DNA of 20,000 bases, taken from the IMG/VR virus record IMGVR_UViG_3300012000_000011; one strand, 5' to 3'. Under the pieces are notes generated by a model. That model made no database searches. It was not told where the DNA came from and was given only the letters and a program-made list of their open reading frames with translations. Source of the DNA: an uncultured virus (IMG/VR IMGVR_UViG_3300012000_000011). Taxonomy: Duplodnaviria > Heunggongvirae > Uroviricota > Caudoviricetes. Positions within the stretch are counted from its first letter, which is position 1; each line of letters begins with the position of its first letter. This document shows, piece by piece, positions 8,664 to 16,690 of the stretch. A program made the position numbers and the translations under genes.

Positions 8664-8729
8664 ATGGGTTTACTTGATCCGAAAACACGTAAGAAAATAC
8701 TTGACGATCATATATATTCATCGAGATGA
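8664..8729 (+). pseudogene. Displaced 5' end of the 9493 gene (copy B1); 21-aa mini-ORF MGLLDPKTRKKILDDHIYSSR*
   Basis: The first 9 codons match MGLLSPKTR at 9493 (8/9 aa, 18/27 nt, exact AAAACACGT at 8682-8690 and 9511-9519). It starts 1 nt after the upstream stop in a TAACATGG context, identical to the junction at 13001. Its TGA (8727-8729) overlaps the HEG2 ATG (8726-8728). Confidence 0.85.
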
Positions 8730-9493
8730 AACAGAGTGGAATATATAAGATAGTCAACAATATTAATGGCCGTTGCTATATTGGATCTGCTAAAAATATA
8801 AAGCGGCGGTGGCAACATCACATTTGTAGTCTTAAAAAACAAAGACATTCTACCCCATTTTTACAAGCCGATTACAACAAGTGCGGTCAAAACTGCTTAA
8901 ATTTTTTGATTTTAGAAGAGTGCGTTGAAGAAGCGATCATCGAAAGAGAGCAATATTGGTTGAACATATACTATGATGATCAAAACCAGTGTTATAATCT
9001 TAGAAAGATTGCCGAATCAAATAGAGGCTACAAAGCTTCTGATGCAACAAGGCAAAAGATGAGAGAAGCCAAAAAAGGGTTCAGACCATCTCCTGCAACC
9101 ATAGAAGGATGCATAAAATACCATTCTGGTAGAAAAAAAGATGAAAACGAAAGAAAAGCTATGAGCGATGGCTGGATCAAAAAGTTATCCAGTTTAACAG
9201 ATGAAGAACGAAAATCACATTCGAATATTTGTAGCGAGAGAAGTAAAAGAGCATGGACAGATCCAGTCATAAGACAAAAATTGCTAGAAGCTAGGGCGAA
9301 AGAGCGGCCTTATAGAAGAAAAGCAGTCATCCAATATGATCTAGAAGGTAAGATCGTGGCTGAGTATGATTCGGTTAATATCGCATCAGAAAAAACCGGG
9401 ATAAGTTTCAATTTGATCAAAAAAGTTATATTGGGTTATGAGGGCAGAACGCAAACTCATGGGTACGTATTTAAATACAAGGAATCTATATAA
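8726..9493 (+). CDS. GIY-YIG homing endonuclease with NUMOD3- and NUMOD1-like DNA-binding modules (free-standing, HEG2)
   Basis: SGIYKIVN...RCYIGSA...KRRW...EREQYWL...CYN has intact GIY-YIG catalytic positions. GYKASDATRQKMREAKKG is NUMOD3-like, and KAVIQYDLEGKIVAEYDSVNIASEKTGI is a NUMOD1/IENR1-like HTH. Confidence 0.93.
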   Translation: MKQSGIYKIVNNINGRCYIGSAKNIKRRWQHHICSLKKQRHSTPFLQADYNKCGQNCLNFLILEECVEEAIIEREQYWLNIYYDDQNQCYNLRKIAESNRGYKASDATRQKMREAKKGFRPSPATIEGCIKYHSGRKKDENERKAMSDGWIKKLSSLTDEERKSHSNICSERSKRAWTDPVIRQKLLEARAKERPYRRKAVIQYDLEGKIVAEYDSVNIASEKTGISFNLIKKVILGYEGRTQTHGYVFKYKESI

Positions 9494-10551
9494 TGGGACT
9501 CTTATCACCCAAAACACGTTTGCTGGATACGATTATTACCGACGAAGGTAGAAAACAATTAGGCACAGGACGTTTTATTCCTGCGTTTTATTCTTTTTCT
9601 GACGCTGGTGCGGTATATTCCCCATTAGACACCTACGTCACAGGAACCGTACCAGATTCAAGCGTTGCAACTCTTGTAACGTTTGAAGCATTTCCTTTGC
9701 CACAAGATCAAGTTTCGTTTGAAGCGGACGATAGTGGTGGTTTAAGAGTGTTTGGAAACAACAACTATTTTACTAGCTCTCAAGGCACGGTTCGTGTTAT
9801 AAGCGGTCAACTTATAAAAGGTTGGGAAAACGGAACACCAGAGATATTATCAAGTTCGGCAACGTTTGCTTCTGTTGCTTCCACAGTTCTTGGAGACAAC
9901 ACAAACAACTTTCGTAAGTTGATGATTTTGAAAAGTCCAGACTTGCTTTATACCAACCGTGACGAGTTTAAAATCAACAACGACGAAATATCGTTTCGAA
10001 TAACAGACAACACAACTTTGGCTGGTGGTGTTACAACCGGCAACCTAGAAGCCACAGAAAACCTTTATTTTGATCGTAGACTTTCTCACATCGATAACTT
10101 TAGCTTGTTGCCTCCAGTTAACAAATCTCAACAACCTATAGGGAACTATGCTGGAGCTATCAACGGTAACCGAAGAATTCTTACGTTCCAAGATTTGAAA
10201 AACGAGTTTCAAAACATTGTTGTAGCTAATGGAACAACAACTCAAAGAACTGAACAACAACGTTCAACTGTTATCTTTAGCGAAACAACAATAACAAACA
10301 GAATCGTTGGTCAAATGTTTGAAATGGCGAACGGTAAAGTAACCAAGTTGGATGTTGTGGATTTCGGTGTGTTTCTTGTGTCGAAAAACTCACCTTTGCT
10401 TCCATTGTTTCCCGATGCCATACCAACACCATTAAATCCCGATCTTGTAACAGCAACAACAAGAGTTCATGTTTACTTTGTTGGAAAAGTTATAACTGAT
10501 GCCACAGGCAACGACAAGTTCATCAATATGTTTTCTTTAGTGTTTCAATGA
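9493..10551 (+). CDS. Hypothetical protein, probable virion structural protein (352 aa)
   Basis: Long ORF whose start overlaps the HEG2 stop (TAATG), preceded by AAGGA inside the HEG2 3' end. Confidence 0.75.
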   Translation: MGLLSPKTRLLDTIITDEGRKQLGTGRFIPAFYSFSDAGAVYSPLDTYVTGTVPDSSVATLVTFEAFPLPQDQVSFEADDSGGLRVFGNNNYFTSSQGTVRVISGQLIKGWENGTPEILSSSATFASVASTVLGDNTNNFRKLMILKSPDLLYTNRDEFKINNDEISFRITDNTTLAGGVTTGNLEATENLYFDRRLSHIDNFSLLPPVNKSQQPIGNYAGAINGNRRILTFQDLKNEFQNIVVANGTTTQRTEQQRSTVIFSETTITNRIVGQMFEMANGKVTKLDVVDFGVFLVSKNSPLLPLFPDAIPTPLNPDLVTATTRVHVYFVGKVITDATGNDKFINMFSLVFQ

Positions 10552-10602
10552 CGAACCATTCTGTTTTGATGAAAACACTATATATGAATAGGTTTAAAAG
10601 CT

Positions 10603-12999
10603 GTGGAAGTAAAACTAAACACTGTTCAAGTTATAACTGCTAATGACGATTTTGCTTCTCTGGAAAAAGCAAGTTTAACGCATTACTTGTATAGGTTTAG
10701 CTTGTCTGTGAGTAAAACCGAAACAAAAAACTCATACGCAACAAAGTTGTTGGTGCGTGCATACACAGAAAATCCTAAAAACGCAGTGCCGTTAACTGTG
10801 TTTAATCAAGATCAACCAACGTTGAACATTTTAAACCAAAACGCAAAACAACTAATAAACAACATTCAAAAAAGATCGTTTTCAATTACAAATGCGATCA
10901 TAACAACAAGAAACAACATTCTTGCTCAACAAGAATATGACTTGAATGGTTTGGTTGAAAAGTTTAACAGCGGTATTGGATATTCAATTGTTACCAACGA
11001 TCCTAAACCTACTGTAAAAAACAAAATCTATGATGCTGTTAACACAATCGATCAAAAGCCATTAAACGAAGATCGATCTATTGCACAACTCAGCAAAGAG
11101 CTGTTGAACGAGTTTAAAACCGATCCTGCGGATTCTATCAAACGCATATACTCTGCTAAAACCGCATATGAAACCAACAATGGTTTAGCTTTTTTCAGCG
11201 GACAAAATCGAGCAAACAAAGTAGAAGATATGATTGCGGCTAGTTTGTTAACAACAAACAATCCAGATTTAACAGAAGCAACTCGTTTGCAAGCTTATAA
11301 CATTTCAGAGCGAGATGTAATCACAATACATCCAGAACAATTGTTTCCAGCAGAAGCTATTGGCACAAGTAACTTTTACTTGATGTTTTCAATCTATGAC
11401 ACCAAAAACAACTTGGTGCAAGAGTTTGTTAAGTTCGTTAATCATAAAACCAACTTAACACGTTTTCAACGTGCTGTTATACCTCCAGATTTTTCTATGA
11501 CGAAACTAACTGGAGGACAGTTAACTGTGTCTGTCAAGCAAAAAGATCCATATGGCACAGGTGTAAAAATCTATAAGTCGGTATATAACCCAAGCGCAAA
11601 AACAGAACTTGTAACACAAGACATAGTTGGCAGCTTTGATTTACCACCGGGAGAAGCTCGTATATTCAACATTCAAAACACTGATGTTGGTTTACTTTTG
11701 TTTCGTGCATTAAGCTATAATGCAACCTCTGATGTTAGCAGCGATTTTGCTAGCCAAGTTGTTGAAGTTCAAGCAAGCGAAGTAACAACAACAAAAGCAA
11801 GCGTGTTTGTAAGCTTGCATCCAGAATACAACCGTCAAGGTCTTAACCTTATTGTTTCTGATATCCCAGATGATATCGCTTTTATCGAGTTGTTTAAAAC
11901 CAACTTAACTAGCGATCCATATACAGAAACATTAATCACAACGTTTTTTGTTGGTGGACAGGGAAGCAACGCAAGTTATGCTTATTTCGATTCAAGCTTA
12001 GATCAAACAAAAGCATATCGATATCGTTGTGCGTTGGTTGATATAAAAGGTCAGCGTTATGATTCGTCTGGAATGGTTGAACTCGTTTATCGTCCGCAAA
12101 CACAAGATTATGCTGTTTCGAACTATACTACACCAACAGTAACGCCTGTTCAAACACCGGGAAGCAGCATTCAATACTATGATGTTGCCTTTGATGTTTC
12201 TTATGCCATAACAAACAAACTTGAAGATAACGTTAAACAGTTTCTTATCAATCAAGGTTTGATTGAATATTTCGGTGGTGATATCAAACGAGAACGTCTT
12301 AAAGATTTACTTGTAACCAAAGTAGAACTTCGTGATTTGCAAACCAACGACAAGTTTTTAATGGGTTACATTGACAACACATACTTGCAAAGCACAACAA
12401 GGTTTGGTTTACTCAATCGTAGTTCACAATACCTATATGAGCTAACAACATACGTTAGAAATCCTGCAACACTTTTGCAAGCAATAGAGCTAACAGGTTC
12501 TTCTACTGCAAGAACAAACTCAAAACTATCTCCTCCAACATACACTTATAATCCATTCAATCTCAACAATCCATATGGTTTGCAAACTGGTACCAATCCA
12601 AAGAAAAGCGGCTCTGAGTTCGTTCTTCAATACGGTTTAGATCAACTAGAGTTTGGTGACATAACAGGCATCGATTACATTAAAGTAGACTTGAAACCAC
12701 CAACACCTAGCATCAACAACTTGAAAGCAAACGTTTTCAACAGCAAATCAATCGACTTGGTATGGAGTGTTAACGGCGATCAAACGCAAATAAGTCATTT
12801 CATTATTCGCAGACAAAATGTTATAACAGGTAAATTGGATTTGATTGGCAAGGCACACGGAATCAATACACAAAACAACTATTTGTTTAGCGACGATATC
12901 AGGTATACCGACACAGGGGTATATAAGTACATTATAACAATGCAATATTTTAACTTGAACTTAAGTCCAGATTACGATAGCAACGAAGTGGTGATATAA
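10603..12999 (+). CDS. Hypothetical protein with Fn3/Ig-like beta-sandwich domains (798 aa)
   Basis: GTG start. The C-terminal SINNLKANVFNSKSIDLVWSVNG...ISHFIIRR...YLFSDD...YKYIIT and the internal IELFKT...YAYFDSSLDQTKAYRYRCALVD follow the Fn3 pattern. Confidence 0.7.
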   Translation: MEVKLNTVQVITANDDFASLEKASLTHYLYRFSLSVSKTETKNSYATKLLVRAYTENPKNAVPLTVFNQDQPTLNILNQNAKQLINNIQKRSFSITNAIITTRNNILAQQEYDLNGLVEKFNSGIGYSIVTNDPKPTVKNKIYDAVNTIDQKPLNEDRSIAQLSKELLNEFKTDPADSIKRIYSAKTAYETNNGLAFFSGQNRANKVEDMIAASLLTTNNPDLTEATRLQAYNISERDVITIHPEQLFPAEAIGTSNFYLMFSIYDTKNNLVQEFVKFVNHKTNLTRFQRAVIPPDFSMTKLTGGQLTVSVKQKDPYGTGVKIYKSVYNPSAKTELVTQDIVGSFDLPPGEARIFNIQNTDVGLLLFRALSYNATSDVSSDFASQVVEVQASEVTTTKASVFVSLHPEYNRQGLNLIVSDIPDDIAFIELFKTNLTSDPYTETLITTFFVGGQGSNASYAYFDSSLDQTKAYRYRCALVDIKGQRYDSSGMVELVYRPQTQDYAVSNYTTPTVTPVQTPGSSIQYYDVAFDVSYAITNKLEDNVKQFLINQGLIEYFGGDIKRERLKDLLVTKVELRDLQTNDKFLMGYIDNTYLQSTTRFGLLNRSSQYLYELTTYVRNPATLLQAIELTGSSTARTNSKLSPPTYTYNPFNLNNPYGLQTGTNPKKSGSEFVLQYGLDQLEFGDITGIDYIKVDLKPPTPSINNLKANVFNSKSIDLVWSVNGDQTQISHFIIRRQNVITGKLDLIGKAHGINTQNNYLFSDDIRYTDTGVYKYIITMQYFNLNLSPDYDSNEVVI

Positions 13000-13000
13000 C

Positions 13001-16000
13001 ATGGCCGCAATACGCAACGGAATTCCTGTAAGAGTCGCTCAAACAAACATTCAACCTGCTCAAACACCAATATTGGTACCAACTGTATCGTTGACTGTAG
13101 CTGCTCCTGCTTCTTCCCCCACTACAATTTCTTCAGTTTCCGCAGCTACAACCATTTCACCAATCATCAACGTTCCAATTACAACACCAACAGTTCAACC
13201 AACGCAAACAACAGCAAACATTTTGTTGAACAATACACTAACAATTCCAACAACTGCCCCAATAGTTTCAACTATCCTTAGTCCTATTGTAGCGTTAACT
13301 GGAAGAATAAATCCCGCCGTTGTTGCTCCAGTTATCTTTAGACCAAAACCAAATCCGATTAAGCTACTAACAAGCAAAGATATGGTTGAAGAAACGTTAT
13401 CATTAGACACATACACAATTGTTAACGGTCAACCTGTGTTGGATGTTGCTAGCTTGCGTAGCGAAATCATATCGTTGGTTGATTTTAGACCAGTTTATAA
13501 TCCATATCTTAACCGTAGTTTTTCAAACTTTGGTGTTTACGTTAACGACTTGTATCAATCAAGCTTGGTTAGTGATACGTTGAGAAAATATCTTTTGTTG
13601 AATCAAGCAACTGCTACACCAGATTTCAACGTTACATTGAATTCTATATCAACAAGAATAAGAGAAGACATAGCTAAATCTAAAAACACCATTAGATCGC
13701 TTGATGGTTTCATTCAAAAAATCAAAGAAATCAACAACGTTTTAGACGTTAAAAGCAATTTGGATGATGTTTACGCATTTAGAACTCCTATGCTTGGATT
13801 GCGAGATTTCGTAACGCAACGTATGTTGTTTTCCGAGCAATCATACAACATATTTTCAGACACAAAAGTATTGTATCAATTGTTGTTTGACCTTAGCGGT
13901 ATCTTGGAAAAATGTTCGTTCAACCTTATATCAAATTTTACAGATGCTGCTAGGTCTTCGTATGTCAGTACACCAATAACGGACAAACAACGAAACATAC
14001 AAGATTCAATAAGCATAGATTTAACTTATGGTGACAACCTACGTTATACACCAGATGCTATAAGAAGCAAGTACATCACGGACTATGTAACGTTTAACGG
14101 AATCGTTAACGTTTTACCGAACTCATATCAAGATCGTTTTACTTTTGTTCTCAACCTTTTGTCTAAAGAATTAAGAGTATCAAAAGGGCTAGGTAAATAC
14201 AACTTACCAGAAGCCAGTTTTTTTGGTTTTAGCAATCAAGGAAATCCTTTTGATAACGTTATTGGTAGCATACCATCAGACATATTTGTTTCGCCTACTG
14301 GAAACAATAGCTTGTCAACGTTGTTATATCTTAGAACAAGCACACAAAACGCTGTTGTGTTGCCTTTTGAGGCTCGTCAGGTTGCTGGAGATGGAGAAAC
14401 AGTATTTGTACCGGGAACAAACTATTTCTCGGACGGTATCTTAAATGGTGACTTTTCAACTTATAACAGTTATCGTGAAGTTTTCTCAAACCGAATCACT
14501 CAAGCACGAAACGTTTTTGACAAATATCTTTTGCGGCAAGCTGCTTTCGACAACACATCGATTGCATTGCAACCCAGCGAAATGCTTAAATCCGCATTGA
14601 GATATTACGCAAATTCTCAAGACCTCATACGCCAAAACAACAATGATGCAACCAACACATTAAGCTTTGTTTTGTTTTTGTTAGGTAATTCTGACCCAAA
14701 AATCAAGTTTGAAGTTTATAAGTTGTTGCTTTTGATTGCTGTGTATGATACAAGAAAAACAGTAACAACGAACTTTACTCAAACAGATAAGTTTAGAGAC
14801 TTGTTGCTGGGTGAACTAACTCAACAAAGAATTCAAGGTTTCTCAGAAAACTTAACAGAAGAAAACATACCAAAACTTATTGATAACCAAATTGCAATTG
14901 TTAGACAACTAGTTTTGAATAACGTAGCTCCGCTTCCACCTTCGAATAACAAAGTGGGAGTAGGCTTGTCAAACAACAAAAGTGCTGAACAAATAAAGAA
15001 CCGACAAATTCTACAGCTTGGTGGTAACGTACCTGCACCTCCATCAAACAACGTTAATCCAAACAACAACATTGCTCAAGTACAAATTCAACAATTTTCG
15101 AATTTGATTTATTCGTTAAGGTCAACCGACAACTTGTTTAAAAACGTTTTGGATATGTGCAAACAATTGTTTACAGCTTGTAGCACAAACGAACAAACGT
15201 ATCATTTGTTGGCTGGATCGTCTGCAACAAGATATCATGGTTTAACTTTGTCTGGTTTTGTGTTGCTTACGTTTGAAATGTTTTCTGCTCTTGTAGCTCA
15301 GTTTTCTACAACAAACATATCGTACAATTTAGTTAACGACCAAACAACGAAACTGTCGGCGGTTCAATATATTCAAGCAACGTTCAACGTTCAAGCTTTG
15401 TCAGATATATCCACGAATATTCGTAACTTTTTGCGTGGTAGTTCTTACTATAGCCCAATCATATCAGGTTATCAACAAAAGCTTGATGAAGAAGATAAAA
15501 TCATAGACAACATTGTGCGGTTCTTTGAGCGATTAAACAATCGGTTTACGAACATTTCAACACCATCCAGCAAAGAAGCAACAATTCTTAGCGAGATAAA
15601 CACAAGCAATCCAAACAGCTTAAGCACAACAAGAACGGCAAAAAACATATTGCAATCGATTGTTAACAAGCAAGCGGTATACAACCCAACGAACAATCGA
15701 GCTTTGGATTTTTATCTTCCTGCTGGTAAGGCTGTAAGTGATAGAAACTGGGAAGCAGTTAAAACTGCTTTGTTTCAACCAGAGTTCGTTGGTAACTCAA
15801 AACAAAAAATTGTTACTGTTGGTATACCATATGGTTTCGTTAGATCGGCTTTGGGTGCCAAGCTTAACAAAAACGAAGTATACAACGGTAAGCTACAAGA
15901 AAGCACAAGCGATTTAATCAACGTAAAGATTTACAAGCTCGATAAAAACGATGACGGAATCGTGTTTAAACCGCAACAATTTAAATTCGACTTGTCTTTG

Positions 16001-16690
16001 TTTGCCAGAGGATTCGATGCATATACCATAAACGAAATATCCAGATCAAACTATTACGATTTAAGAGATACGTTTCAATTTTATGATTTTGACGAAGACC
16101 TACCATTCGATCAAGTAACTGCAAAAACGTTTCAACAATTTGTTGCAACCGATCCTTATTATCGTGTATCAACGGAACGTCAAGGGTTGTGTTTTGAAGC
16201 AGTAGAAAACTTGTATCGAAGCTTTGTGTTTGACTTGTATCTTCATATGGTTACAGGCTTGAACGTCAGCGAAGAAACGTTTGTGTCTTATCTGGAAAGC
16301 GAGACAACAACGTTTACGAATGAGATGGCAAAGATTCCCTTGGGCACAGCAGACCTAACAAAAGTTAAGTTCATGACACCCGAGTATCGTGAGTTGCTAA
16401 ACGCTTTTAAAAACAATCAAGACGACACAAAGATGATGTTAACTCTTTGCAACGACATAACAAAAACAGTGTTTCGACAAAAACAATATGATCGAACATA
16501 TAACATCATGTTCGACATAGATAAGTTTGCGGTTGATACCAACGCAATGAGTCAAAACAAAGAAGGAAATGCATTGTTGCAACAACTAACGAATCAAGGT
16601 CGATTGTATCAATCCAACGGCGAAACATATAAAACCTCTGACGATCTTGTGTTTGATTCATACTTTATTAACGTGGAGATCATTCAATGA
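13001..16690 (+). CDS. Large hypothetical protein (1229 aa) with Pro/Thr/Ile/Val-rich N-terminus and a predominantly helical-looking body
   Basis: Long ORF starting 1 nt after the previous stop; its stop overlaps the next start (ATGA 16687-16690). No family recognised. Confidence 0.75.
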   Translation: MAAIRNGIPVRVAQTNIQPAQTPILVPTVSLTVAAPASSPTTISSVSAATTISPIINVPITTPTVQPTQTTANILLNNTLTIPTTAPIVSTILSPIVALTGRINPAVVAPVIFRPKPNPIKLLTSKDMVEETLSLDTYTIVNGQPVLDVASLRSEIISLVDFRPVYNPYLNRSFSNFGVYVNDLYQSSLVSDTLRKYLLLNQATATPDFNVTLNSISTRIREDIAKSKNTIRSLDGFIQKIKEINNVLDVKSNLDDVYAFRTPMLGLRDFVTQRMLFSEQSYNIFSDTKVLYQLLFDLSGILEKCSFNLISNFTDAARSSYVSTPITDKQRNIQDSISIDLTYGDNLRYTPDAIRSKYITDYVTFNGIVNVLPNSYQDRFTFVLNLLSKELRVSKGLGKYNLPEASFFGFSNQGNPFDNVIGSIPSDIFVSPTGNNSLSTLLYLRTSTQNAVVLPFEARQVAGDGETVFVPGTNYFSDGILNGDFSTYNSYREVFSNRITQARNVFDKYLLRQAAFDNTSIALQPSEMLKSALRYYANSQDLIRQNNNDATNTLSFVLFLLGNSDPKIKFEVYKLLLLIAVYDTRKTVTTNFTQTDKFRDLLLGELTQQRIQGFSENLTEENIPKLIDNQIAIVRQLVLNNVAPLPPSNNKVGVGLSNNKSAEQIKNRQILQLGGNVPAPPSNNVNPNNNIAQVQIQQFSNLIYSLRSTDNLFKNVLDMCKQLFTACSTNEQTYHLLAGSSATRYHGLTLSGFVLLTFEMFSALVAQFSTTNISYNLVNDQTTKLSAVQYIQATFNVQALSDISTNIRNFLRGSSYYSPIISGYQQKLDEEDKIIDNIVRFFERLNNRFTNISTPSSKEATILSEINTSNPNSLSTTRTAKNILQSIVNKQAVYNPTNNRALDFYLPAGKAVSDRNWEAVKTALFQPEFVGNSKQKIVTVGIPYGFVRSALGAKLNKNEVYNGKLQESTSDLINVKIYKLDKNDDGIVFKPQQFKFDLSLFARGFDAYTINEISRSNYYDLRDTFQFYDFDEDLPFDQVTAKTFQQFVATDPYYRVSTERQGLCFEAVENLYRSFVFDLYLHMVTGLNVSEETFVSYLESETTTFTNEMAKIPLGTADLTKVKFMTPEYRELLNAFKNNQDDTKMMLTLCNDITKTVFRQKQYDRTYNIMFDIDKFAVDTNAMSQNKEGNALLQQLTNQGRLYQSNGETYKTSDDLVFDSYFINVEIIQ

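Noticed and set aside
8701..8730. TTGACG as a sigma70 -35 box or hairpin upstream of HEG2
   Set aside because: No -10 element at 16-18 nt spacing, and the possible stems (CGAT/ATCG) are too short to support.
3995..10591. 13-nt match TATATATGAATAG at 3995-4007 and 10579-10591 as a promoter motif
   Set aside because: Low-complexity AT-rich word; a few 13-mer matches are expected by chance in 20 kb of AT-rich DNA, and TATATA also occurs inside coding regions.
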